NCBI GenBank assembly: GCA_036557785.1
Contig: DATBGZ010000016.1
Span: forward strand, 2,576 to 66,575
DNA from: Micromonosporaceae bacterium
GTDB taxonomy: Bacteria; Actinomycetota; Actinomycetes; Mycobacteriales; Micromonosporaceae
Length of the DNA: 64,000 nucleotides
Reading direction: 5' to 3'
How positions within the stretch are numbered: position 1 is the stretch's first letter; the number at the start of each line of letters is the position of its first letter. The position numbers and the translations under genes were made by a program. The notes under the pieces were generated by a model, which was not told the origin of the DNA, made no database searches, and saw nothing but the letters and a program-made list of their open reading frames with translations. This document shows, piece by piece, positions 35,527 to 43,946 of the stretch.

Positions 35527-35598
35527 TTCTCCACGATCTTGGGCGAATCGTCGTGATCGTCGATCAACTCGCCACGATATCCCCAAGATCGTGGAGAA
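35527..35598 (-). repeat. 17-bp perfect inverted repeat (TTCTCCACGATCTTGGG ... CCCAAGATCGTGGAGAA) with a 38-nt loop, in the cobA/hemD-hemB spacer
   Basis: Arms at 35527-35543 and 35582-35598, read directly from the sequence. The loop contains a nested palindrome TGATCG-T-CGATCA (35554-35566). The stem ends 24 nt upstream of the hemB ATG. Confidence 0.85.
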
Positions 35599-35611
35599 CG
35601 GGGGCGGCGGT

Positions 35612-37267
35612 CTAGCGGAAACGTAGCGCGGTCGGTCCCTGGACCTTCGAGCCCCGGCGTTGCTTGGCGGGCATGGCGGCGAGGCGCTCCCGCAGGTCGA
35701 CCGCGTACTGCGCCAACGCCTCGACAAGGTCCGGCACCGACGCGTGTGGTGGCTGGACGTCGACCCGCAGCCCGAACTCGGCAGCGGTGTCCGCGGTCTT
35801 CGGACCGATCACGGCCACCACCGTCCGGGTGTGCGGCTTGCCGGCGATGCCGACGAGGTTGCGCACCGTGGACGATGACGTGAACAGCACCGCGTCGAAC
35901 CCGCCGGACTTGATCGCGTCCCGGATCTCGGCCGGGGGCGGGGCGGCGCGGACGGTCCGGTAGGCGGTCACGTCGTCGACCTCCCAGCCCCGGTCGACCA
36001 GGCCGGCGGCGAGGGTCTCGGTGGCGATGTCGGCACGGGGGAGCAGCACCCGCCCGACCGGGTCGAGGACCTCATCGTGCGGGCTGAACTCGGCGAGCAG
36101 TCCGTCGCTCGTCTGCTCTCCCGACGGGACGAGCTCGGGCTGGATGCCGAAGGCACGAACGGCGTCGGCCGTCGCCTCGCCGATGCAGGCGATCTTCACC
36201 CCGCCAAAGTGTCGGGCGTCGAGGCCGTGCTCGGCGAACTTCTCCCATACCGCCCGCACCGCGTTGACGGAGGTGAAGATCGTCCAGGCGTACCGGCCGT
36301 CCACCAGCCCCTTGACGGCACGCTCCATCTGCGCCGGCGTCCGCGGCGGCTCGACCGCGATCGTCGGCACCTCGACGGGCATGGCGCCGTAGGTCCGCAG
36401 GCGCTCGCTCATCGCACCGGCCTGCTCCTTCGTGCGTGGCACGAGCACCTTCCACCCGTAGAGCGGCCGGTTCTCCCACCAGGCGAGCTTGTCCCGGTAC
36501 GCGAGCCCTGGACCGAAGCTGAGCACGACGCGGCCCGCGAATCCGAGCGCCGCCGCCACAAAACTGTCCACAGTGGAGGTCGAGGTGTACTGGGTGTCCC
36601 CGGTGCCCTCTCCGGTCACGGCCACCGGTGTGGTGCCGTCGAGCCCCGCCGCGAGCAGGCCGTCGCGCACCAACGTGAGAGAGCCATGGTCGATGGTGAC
36701 GGCCAGGCCCCGACCCACCGCGGCCGCGAGCGCCTCGTAGTCCAGGCCATGCGGGTCGTCGACGTCCACTGTGGTGCGAATTCCGGTCAGCGGCACGCCC
36801 GCATAGGCGGCCACGGTTGCCGGCCCGCTCACCCCCGCGACGACCTCGAAGGGGATGGCCGTTCGGGCGACGGCCTGCACCTCCTTGGCCACGGCGTCGT
36901 GTTCGAAGGGATCACCGCAGACCAGACGCACCGCGCGCAGGCCGGAGCGGGCCGCGGAGAGCAGCACCTTGGCCACGTCCCCTGGGGCGCCCTCGGCCGG
37001 GCTGAACTCCGTGCGCTCCGCGGCCGGCTTATCCGGGGCGGCGTCCTCGACGGCGGAGGCGGCTTCGGCGAGGGCATGGGGATCATCCTCGGCGCGGGCC
37101 GCCTCGCCGCGCACCCACTCCAGCAGGGACGCGGGCAGGTCGCGGTCGTAGACGATGTGGTCGGCGGCGAGCACCGCCTCATGTGCCCGGAGGGTCAGCA
37201 GGCCCGGGTCACCGGGACCGGCGCCGACGAAACTGATCCGACCGACGCTCTTGCGGGTTCGGGTCAT
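35612..37267 (-). CDS. hemD: bifunctional uroporphyrinogen-III C-methyltransferase / uroporphyrinogen-III synthase
   Basis: 551-aa ORF. The N-terminal SAM methylase is [18 protein letters not shown], and the C-terminal half is HemD-like. The position between hemC and hemB matches other actinobacteria. Confidence 0.9.
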   Translation of the reverse strand: MTRTRKSVGRISFVGAGPGDPGLLTLRAHEAVLAADHIVYDRDLPASLLEWVRGEAARAEDDPHALAEAASAVEDAAPDKPAAERTEFSPAEGAPGDVAKVLLSAARSGLRAVRLVCGDPFEHDAVAKEVQAVARTAIPFEVVAGVSGPATVAAYAGVPLTGIRTTVDVDDPHGLDYEALAAAVGRGLAVTIDHGSLTLVRDGLLAAGLDGTTPVAVTGEGTGDTQYTSTSTVDSFVAAALGFAGRVVLSFGPGLAYRDKLAWWENRPLYGWKVLVPRTKEQAGAMSERLRTYGAMPVEVPTIAVEPPRTPAQMERAVKGLVDGRYAWTIFTSVNAVRAVWEKFAEHGLDARHFGGVKIACIGEATADAVRAFGIQPELVPSGEQTSDGLLAEFSPHDEVLDPVGRVLLPRADIATETLAAGLVDRGWEVDDVTAYRTVRAAPPPAEIRDAIKSGGFDAVLFTSSSTVRNLVGIAGKPHTRTVVAVIGPKTADTAAEFGLRVDVQPPHASVPDLVEALAQYAVDLRERLAAMPAKQRRGSKVQGPTALRFR

Positions 37268-38250
37268 GCAGAATCTCCTTTTGGCCCGGCGTGCAGCGTC
37301 CGCTTCTCGCTCGGCAGCGATGCTCCTGGCGCCGGATTCTCTCCCAGTAACAGATCGGCGCCGGCGGCGAGCAGCTGCGCGGCCAGGCGCGAGCCCACGC
37401 CGACGGCGTCGGATAGTGGTCCGGTATCACGGCCACGGACGGCCCGTGTGCCGTCCACGGCGAAGACCGCCGCCGACACGTGGACCCGCAGGCCACCGTC
37501 CACGGTGTCCACAACGTCCGCGAGGGCGGCGACCGGTGCGCTGCAGCCGGCCTCCAAAGCGGCCATCAGGGTTCGCTCCGCGGTGACCGCGGCGCGGGTG
37601 TGCTCGTCGTCGATGCGGCGCAGCCGCTCGACGAGGCTGTGGTCGGCACACCGGCACTCCACAGCCAGCGCCCCCTGCGCGGGCGCGGGCAACATCGTCT
37701 CGGGGTCGAGAACTTGGGTCATCTCGGCCGCCCGCCCCAACCGACGCAGCCCCGCCGCGGCGAGCACCAGGGCATCCGCCCGACCCTCGGCGAGCTTGCG
37801 CAAGCGCGTGTCGACGTTGCCACGCATGGGCACGCACTCGAAGTCACGCCGCAGTGCCCGCAACTGGGCGACGCGGCGCACCGCGCCCGTGCCGATCCGC
37901 GCGCCGGCCGGGAGCTGCTCCAACGTCCGGCCGCCGCTGGAGATCAGCACATCTCGCGGGTCCTCGCGCGGCGGGACCGCGGCGATGACGAGGCCGTCGA
38001 CCGGCGCGGTCGGCAGGTCCTTGTACGAGTGCACCGCGATGTCGATCTCCTTCGCCGCCAGGGCATCCCGCAGCGCGGAGACGAAGACCCCGACCCCCAG
38101 CTCGGGGACGGGAGCGGTCGAGCGGTCGCCGTCGGTCACGATCTGGACCAGCTCGACCGGCTCGGCCAGCGCCGAGGCGATGGCGTCCGCGACGAGTCGC
38201 GACTGGGCCAGCGCGAGGGCGCTGCCCCGGGTGCCGAGGCGAATCGTCAT
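37264..38250 (-). CDS. hemC: hydroxymethylbilane synthase (porphobilinogen deaminase)
   Basis: Trimmed to MTIRLGTRGSALALAQSRLV... (328 aa). Its ATG overlaps the hemA TGA (GTGATGACG). It has the RGNVDTRL motif. Confidence 0.95.
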   Translation of the reverse strand: MTIRLGTRGSALALAQSRLVADAIASALAEPVELVQIVTDGDRSTAPVPELGVGVFVSALRDALAAKEIDIAVHSYKDLPTAPVDGLVIAAVPPREDPRDVLISSGGRTLEQLPAGARIGTGAVRRVAQLRALRRDFECVPMRGNVDTRLRKLAEGRADALVLAAAGLRRLGRAAEMTQVLDPETMLPAPAQGALAVECRCADHSLVERLRRIDDEHTRAAVTAERTLMAALEAGCSAPVAALADVVDTVDGGLRVHVSAAVFAVDGTRAVRGRDTGPLSDAVGVGSRLAAQLLAAGADLLLGENPAPGASLPSEKRTLHAGPKGDSA

Positions 38251-39659
38251 CACGCCACCCCCTCGTCCGTGGCACCGGCCGGGACATCGCCGGGCGACGG
38301 CTCGGGGAACAGATCGTCCGGTGAGAGGTCCTCGGGTGAAGGGTCCTCGGCGGGGCGCACCGCCACCGCGCGGTCGAGCCCCTCCGGCACGGCCTGCAGG
38401 TCGAGCAGCTCGCGAAGCACGGCGAGGTACTGGTCGCCGCCGGGGCTCGAGGCGAGCTCGCGCATCCGGACCGTGGGCCGATGCAGCAGCCGCTGCACCA
38501 CCCGGTGCAGGGCCTGGGTGAACGCCGCGCGCTGCTCGTCGCTGAGTTCGGGCCGGCGCTGCCAGAGCCACCGCAACTCGGCGCTGACCACCTCGTCGGC
38601 CCTGGCCCGCAGCGCGGCCACGGCCGGAGCGATGTCGGCGCCGCGCCGCCACATCTGGAACGTCTCGACCTCGGCGGCGACGATCGCTTCGCCGGCGGCC
38701 CGGTCCGCAGCCGAAGGCGCGTCGCCACCGGCCGCGGCGGCGAGCGTGGCGAGGTCGATCAGCTCGACCCCGGGCAGGTGCGCCACCCCGGGCACCACGT
38801 CGCGCGGTACGGCCAGGTCCACAATGGACAGGACTCGAGGTGCACCGGAACCGGCGGCCGTACGGGCACGCAGCGCCGTGACGGCGGCCTGCTCGGTGAT
38901 GACCGGACCCACCGACGCGGTGGCGCAGACCACGACATCCACTGTGGACAGATGTGTCGCGAGGTCGGCGAACTCGACGGCTGTGCCCGCGTAGGCCTCC
39001 GCCAGCCGCTGCGCCCGTGCCGCACCACGGTTGGTGACCAGCAGCGGGGAGGCGCCGGCACGGGCGAGCGTGGCCAGCGCCAGAGCGCCCATCGACCCCG
39101 CCCCGACGACCAGGGCCGAGCGGCCGGCCACGCCACCTGGCACCAGGTCGAGAGCGGCACCCACGATGGTGCGCCCGGCCGCGTCGATACCGGTCTCGGT
39201 GTGCACCCGCTTGCCGACCCGCAGCGCCTGGCGCATGAGCTCGTGCAGCAGCCGACCGGCTGTGTCGTGCTCGGCGGCGATCTGGTACGCCTCACGCATC
39301 TGGCCCAGGATCTGGGACTCGCCGATGACCATCGAGTCGAGACCGGCCGCGACCCGCAGGGCATGGCGTACGGCGTCGGTGTCGAAGTGGACGTAAAGGT
39401 TGCCCGTCAGCTCCTCGATCCGCGTGCCGGCGCGCTGCGCGAGCGCCGCCCCGATCTCGCTCAGGCCGCCGTGGAATGCGCTGACCGCGGCGTAGACCTC
39501 GACCCGGTTGCAGGTGGAGACCACGACCGCCTCGCTGACGTACGGCGACGCGATCAGGCGGCGCAGCAGCGACGGCGCCTGCTCCCGCGAGACGGTCAGC
39601 CGCTCGAGCACGTCGACCGGGGCTGTGTGATGGGACACCCCGACCACGAGCAGGTTCAC
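38250..39659 (-). CDS. hemA: glutamyl-tRNA reductase
   Basis: 469-aa ORF: MNLLVVGVSHHTAPVDVLERL...VVSTCNRVEVYA (catalytic Cys) and the NADPH site VVGAGSMG. Confidence 0.95.
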   Translation of the reverse strand: MNLLVVGVSHHTAPVDVLERLTVSREQAPSLLRRLIASPYVSEAVVVSTCNRVEVYAAVSAFHGGLSEIGAALAQRAGTRIEELTGNLYVHFDTDAVRHALRVAAGLDSMVIGESQILGQMREAYQIAAEHDTAGRLLHELMRQALRVGKRVHTETGIDAAGRTIVGAALDLVPGGVAGRSALVVGAGSMGALALATLARAGASPLLVTNRGAARAQRLAEAYAGTAVEFADLATHLSTVDVVVCATASVGPVITEQAAVTALRARTAAGSGAPRVLSIVDLAVPRDVVPGVAHLPGVELIDLATLAAAAGGDAPSAADRAAGEAIVAAEVETFQMWRRGADIAPAVAALRARADEVVSAELRWLWQRRPELSDEQRAAFTQALHRVVQRLLHRPTVRMRELASSPGGDQYLAVLRELLDLQAVPEGLDRAVAVRPAEDPSPEDLSPDDLFPEPSPGDVPAGATDEGVA

Positions 39660-40540
39660 CCCTGCGCCACCCCCTCCCGGACCAAGCCGGCGCCGTTGCC
39701 GTCGACCGCTACGGAACCGTGGCCGCCGTTGGCGCTCGCGTCGGTCGCGCGGGGCACGATCGGGTGGCTGCCGGTGGCTCCCGTGAGCGCCTTGCGCCGC
39801 TCATGGAAGGAGAGGATCTGCAACTCGACGGCGAGGTCGACCATGCGCACGTCCACGCCGTCGGGTACCGCGAGCACGCATGGGGCGAAGTTGAGGATGC
39901 TCGTCACGCCCGCAGCGACCAGCCGGTCGGCGACGTCCTGGGCGACATGGACCGGCGTCGCGATCACCGCGATCTGGATGCCGTGGTCGCGTACCAGGGC
40001 GTCGATGCTGTCGATGTGATGGACCGCGAGCCCGTTGATCCGCTCGCCCACCCGGGAGGGGTCGGCATCGAGGAGGGCGGCGAACCGGAACCCACGCGAA
40101 GTGAAGCCCGCGTACCCGGCCAGGGCGTGGCCGAGGTTGCCGACGCCGACCAGAGCCACCGCACGCCGCTCGGTGAGGCCCAGGACCGACTCGATCTGGT
40201 CCACGAGCACCGCCACGTCATAGCCCACGCCCCGCGTGCCATAGGAACCCAGATGCGACAGGTCCTTGCGCAGCTTCGCCGAGTTCACGCCGGCGGCGGC
40301 GGCGAGCGCCTCGCTGGAGACGGTCTCGTGTCCGGCCTCGGAGAAGATGTTCAGCGCACGCAGGTACTCCGGCAGCCGCGCCACCGTAGCCTCCGGGAGA
40401 TCCGGAAAGTCGTCGCTGGCCGCGGCCGCGTCGGGCGCGAGCGGCGAGCCCGGTGACCCGGCGGGGGCGCCGGGGCGCGCGGCATCCTCGGTCGACGGGG
40501 GTCGAGGCTGCGCGGGCTGCTGGCCGCGGGGCTGGGTCAT
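39656..40540 (-). CDS. rex: redox-sensing transcriptional repressor Rex with N-terminal low-complexity extension
   Basis: 294-aa ORF with ATVARLPEYLRALN, SSEALAAAAGVNSAKLRKDLSHLGSYGTRGVGYDV (wHTH) and a Rossmann VALVGVGNLGHALAGY. It overlaps the hemA start (rex-hemACD arrangement). Confidence 0.9.
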   Translation of the reverse strand: MTQPRGQQPAQPRPPSTEDAARPGAPAGSPGSPLAPDAAAASDDFPDLPEATVARLPEYLRALNIFSEAGHETVSSEALAAAAGVNSAKLRKDLSHLGSYGTRGVGYDVAVLVDQIESVLGLTERRAVALVGVGNLGHALAGYAGFTSRGFRFAALLDADPSRVGERINGLAVHHIDSIDALVRDHGIQIAVIATPVHVAQDVADRLVAAGVTSILNFAPCVLAVPDGVDVRMVDLAVELQILSFHERRKALTGATGSHPIVPRATDASANGGHGSVAVDGNGAGLVREGVAQG

Positions 40541-40688
40541 GCTGCTCCGGCTGTGTTGGCGTTATCCGGCTAGGCGAAGCCCGTTGCCGGCGGGAGATGT
40601 CGGGCGTGTCCTCATCGTTCGCGCGAGGCTCCGCCGCGCTGCACCCGGTCGCGGGCGCCTTACCGCCTGTGCCCGCCAGCCTAGGCGC

Positions 40689-40706
40689 TTGTGAACCTGT
40701 GCACAA
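40689..40706 (-). promoter_or_regulatory. Rex operator (ROP)-like site TTGTGAACCTGTGCACAA
   Basis: About 150 nt upstream of rex. It matches the Streptomyces ROP consensus TTGTGAA-N4-TTCACAA at all but one arm position. Autoregulation of rex-hemACD by Rex is established in S. coelicolor. Confidence 0.6.
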
Positions 40707-40914
40707 ATCACGATCTTGGCGTCCAGCGACCGGGGTACCGATGCAGTGATGTCCCTTTTGTCTGTGATTCTACCGGGCGCGCCGTGACGATCCGGGCGCC
40801 CCGCGGCGACGGCCCTCACCGAGCTCGCGGGCCGGGTGGATGGGGTTAACCCCACCACGAAGAGGCCAGCCGGCAGGATGGGAGGCGACCGTTGGCCCGC
40901 CTAGCGTCGAGAAC

Positions 40915-42297
40915 ATGACAAGCATCCCCATCACGCCGCCGTACCCGGCCGCCGCCTCGCCCCGGCGGCGAGGGTGGTTCGCCCAACTCGGCGTGGACAC
41001 CGCGTACGTCGTGGTGGGCTTCCCGTTGGCGGTGATCTCCTTCGCCGTCGGAGTCAGCCTCATCTGCGCCGGCGCGGGCCTGCTGGCGGCCTTCCTCGTC
41101 GGCATCCCGGTGTTCGTGCTCGCGCTGCTCGTCGCGCGGGGACTGGCCGAGGTGGAGCGCAGCCGCATCGTGCCGGTCCTGCGCCGCCCCCGCGTTCCCG
41201 TCGTCTATCGCCGGTCAGCGCCCGGATCGGGGTGGCTGCGCCGGCTCTTCTCGCCGCTCGCCGAGGGCCAGTACTGGCTCGACACCGTCTATGGGCTGCT
41301 CCGGTTCCCGGTCACCTTCGGCACCTTCTCCGTCGTCGTGACGTGGTGGGCGAGCGCGCTGGGCGGCCTGAGCTATGGCCTGTGGGACTGGTCACTGCCC
41401 CGGGACGCCAATCCAGAGCCCGGGGTGATCGTGGTCAACAACCGCGGGCTGCCGGACGTGCTCGGGATCGCGAACACCACGACCAACCGGATCCTCATCT
41501 ACACCGCGATCGGCATCGTGTTCACCGTCACGCTGCCGTTCGTGGTGCGCGCATGCGCTCTGATCGATGCGTGGCTCGCGCACGGTCTGCTCAACGGCGT
41601 GGCCGGGCTGCGCCACCAGGTCGCCGATCTCGCCCGGTCCCGCGACGTCGCGACCGCCAGGACCGCGGCCGCGGTCTCCGCGGAGGCGAACGCGCTGCGC
41701 CGGCTCGAGCGAGATCTGCACGACGGGCCGCAGCAGCGCCTTGTCCGGCTCGCCATGGACCTCGGCCGAGCCCGGGTGCAGCTCGGCTCCGACCCCGATG
41801 CCGCGGCCCGGACCGTGGACGAGGCGATCACCCAGACCCGGGAGGCGCTCGACGAGCTGCGCACGCTCTCGCGGGGCATCGCTCCGCCGATCCTCACCGA
41901 CCGCGGGCTCGCCGCCGCGTCGGCCGCGCTGGCCGCCCGCTCCACGGTCGCCGTACGGGTCGAGCTCGCGCAGTTGCCGCGGCTGCCGGCACTGACCGAG
42001 CAGACGGCCTACTTCACGATCGCCGAGGCGTTGACGAACGTCGCCAAGCACAGTGGCGCCACGTCGGCGTCGGTGTCGGCATCGCTGGATGGCGACCGGC
42101 TGATCGTGGACATCGCCGACGACGGCCGTGGTGGCGCCCACCTCGCCAAGGGCCACGGGCTGGCCGGCCTGGCCGACCGCCTGCAGGGGGTCGGCGGGCA
42201 GTTGTGGGTGAGCAGCCCACCCGGTGGACCGACCAGCATCCGCGCGGAGGTCCCCGCGGTACCCGCAGCCTCGGTTCAGGAGGGCGAGGCGGGGTGA
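40915..42297 (+). CDS. NarL-type sensor histidine kinase (HisKA_3 + HATPase) with N-terminal membrane sensor domain
   Basis: I chose the ATG at 40915. It has several TM segments, an H-box LERDLHDGPQQRLV, and a HATPase region (AEALTNVAKHS...DDGRGGA...GHGLAGLADRL). Confidence 0.85.
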   Translation: MTSIPITPPYPAAASPRRRGWFAQLGVDTAYVVVGFPLAVISFAVGVSLICAGAGLLAAFLVGIPVFVLALLVARGLAEVERSRIVPVLRRPRVPVVYRRSAPGSGWLRRLFSPLAEGQYWLDTVYGLLRFPVTFGTFSVVVTWWASALGGLSYGLWDWSLPRDANPEPGVIVVNNRGLPDVLGIANTTTNRILIYTAIGIVFTVTLPFVVRACALIDAWLAHGLLNGVAGLRHQVADLARSRDVATARTAAAVSAEANALRRLERDLHDGPQQRLVRLAMDLGRARVQLGSDPDAAARTVDEAITQTREALDELRTLSRGIAPPILTDRGLAAASAALAARSTVAVRVELAQLPRLPALTEQTAYFTIAEALTNVAKHSGATSASVSASLDGDRLIVDIADDGRGGAHLAKGHGLAGLADRLQGVGGQLWVSSPPGGPTSIRAEVPAVPAASVQEGEAG

Positions 42298-42938
42298 GGA
42301 TCGTGCTCGCCGACGACGCGGTCCTGCTGCGCGAGGGCCTGGTACGCCTGCTCACCGAGCAGGGCCACGACGTCGTGGCGGTGGTCGGCGACGGGCCCTC
42401 GCTGGTGGCCGCCGAGGCCGCGCACGAGCCGGACTTGTCCATCGTGGACGTACGGATGCCCCCCACGCACACCGATGAGGGGCTCCGGGCGGCGGTACAG
42501 ATCCGCGCTCGCCGGCCCGGCGCCGCCGTGCTCGTGCTCTCGCAGTATGTCGAGCTCTCCTACGCCGACGACCTGCTCCAGGACCGGCGGGGCGCGGTCG
42601 GCTACCTGCTCAAGGACCGGGTCGCCGACATCGACTCATTCACTGACGTCATAGCCCGGGTGGCCTCCGGCGGTACCGTGCTCGACCCCGAGGTGGTGTC
42701 CCAGTTGCTCGTCCGCCGGCGCGCCAACGATCCACTCGCCACACTCACCGCGCGCGAGCGCGAGGTGCTGGCGCTGATGGCCGAAGGGCGGTCCAACGCA
42801 GCGATCGCCCGACGTCTGGTGATCAGCGACGGAGCCGTGGAGAAGCACGTCGCGAACATCTTCGCCAAGCTCGGCCTGCCGCAGGACGAGGACTCCAACC
42901 GCCGCGTCCTGGCCGTGCTGGCGTTCCTGCGCTCCTGA
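42294..42938 (+). CDS. LuxR/NarL-family response regulator
   Basis: The GTG at 42294 overlaps the kinase stop (GTGA). The receiver is VRIVLADDAVLLREGL...DLSIVDVRMPP, and the C-terminal HTH is LTAREREVLALMAEGRSNAAIARRLVISDGAVEKHVANIFAKLGL. Confidence 0.92.
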   Translation: MRIVLADDAVLLREGLVRLLTEQGHDVVAVVGDGPSLVAAEAAHEPDLSIVDVRMPPTHTDEGLRAAVQIRARRPGAAVLVLSQYVELSYADDLLQDRRGAVGYLLKDRVADIDSFTDVIARVASGGTVLDPEVVSQLLVRRRANDPLATLTAREREVLALMAEGRSNAAIARRLVISDGAVEKHVANIFAKLGLPQDEDSNRRVLAVLAFLRS

Positions 42939-42954
42939 TCGGCACTGGTGCCCG

Positions 42955-43602
42955 CTACCGGGCGGCCAGCGCCTTGGCGGCCAGCGTCACCGCCTCCAGC
43001 AAGGTTGTGGCGACCGGCAGACCGGTGTCGCGCAGCCGCTCCGGATCCGTGAAGCCCCCGGCATAGAGCACGACGGACGCGCCGACCGAGGCGGCCGCGT
43101 GGGCGTCGTCGACGGAGTCTCCGATGAGCACCGATTCGGGCCCGGCCAGGCCCAGGGCATCGAGGTGGGTACGCAGGTAGGGCGCCTTGGAGCCGCCGCC
43201 GATGCTGTCACGCAGACCGTCCACACGCGAGAGCAGCTGGTGCAGTTCGTGGTCGGCCACCAGCGCAACCAGCTCCTGGTGGAACCACATCGACAGCAGG
43301 GACTGCGTGCCGTCCCACGCCGCCATCGCGTCGCGGGCGCCGGCGGCGAGGCGAATTCCGGCCAGCCCTTCGCGGTAGGCGGTGTGGAACGCCCGGTCGA
43401 GGTCGGCGAACTCGATCGGGGACAACGATCGCCCGAGTACGTGCTCGTAGTAGGCGGAGATCGGCCGACGAAACTCGCGGCGGTGCTCGTCGGCCGTGAC
43501 CGGTGGGCCACCAACGCTGCTGAGGGACGCGTTTGTCGCCGCCACGACCAGCGCGAGGTCGTCGAGCAGCGTGCCGTTCCAGTCCCAGACGAGGTGTGCC
43601 AC
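42955..43602 (-). CDS. HAD-superfamily hydrolase (phosphoglycolate phosphatase-like)
   Basis: 215-aa ORF: MAHLVWDWNGTLLDD (DxD-type motif I variant) and a C-terminal LIGDSVDDAHAA (motif IV). Confidence 0.8.
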   Translation of the reverse strand: MAHLVWDWNGTLLDDLALVVAATNASLSSVGGPPVTADEHRREFRRPISAYYEHVLGRSLSPIEFADLDRAFHTAYREGLAGIRLAAGARDAMAAWDGTQSLLSMWFHQELVALVADHELHQLLSRVDGLRDSIGGGSKAPYLRTHLDALGLAGPESVLIGDSVDDAHAAASVGASVVLYAGGFTDPERLRDTGLPVATTLLEAVTLAAKALAAR

Positions 43603-43658
43603 CGGTCGACCTTATGAGGTCACGGCCGCCGGCAGCCACCACCGCGCCGGCGAGCGGC

Positions 43659-43946
43659 TCAGAGCCAGGGCGGCGTGCCCGGGGCGGCGGCGAGCGCCTG
43701 ATGCAGGCGCTGCTCGTCCACGCGGTAGTAGTCGTGCACCCTGTCATCGACGAGGATCACCGGGACCAGGTCGGAGTACTGCTCCAGCAGGACCGGGTCG
43801 GCGTCGACGTCCACCTCGGTCCAGCCCACGCCCGCCGCCTGCGCGACCCGCGCGACGGCCGCCTTCGCGACGTCGCAGAGATGGCAGTTCACGCGGCTCA
43901 CCACGCGCACGCGCACCGGTGGGTCCACCGCAGCCGCCCCGCTCAC
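43659..43946 (-). CDS. glutaredoxin-like (DUF836-type) small thioredoxin-fold protein
   Basis: Trimmed to the GTG at 43946, overlapping the upstream stop (GTGA). It has a CHLC redox motif (VVSRVNCHLCDVAKAAV) and VPVILVDD. Confidence 0.7.
   Translation of the reverse strand: MSGAAAVDPPVRVRVVSRVNCHLCDVAKAAVARVAQAAGVGWTEVDVDADPVLLEQYSDLVPVILVDDRVHDYYRVDEQRLHQALAAAPGTPPWL

Noticed and set aside
36077-40019. Very long plus-strand ORFs (36077..38521, 37480..38994, 38481..40019) across the hem operon
   Set aside because: They are antisense to hemA/hemC/hemD, which have clear catalytic motifs. Their composition is typical of GC-frame artefacts.
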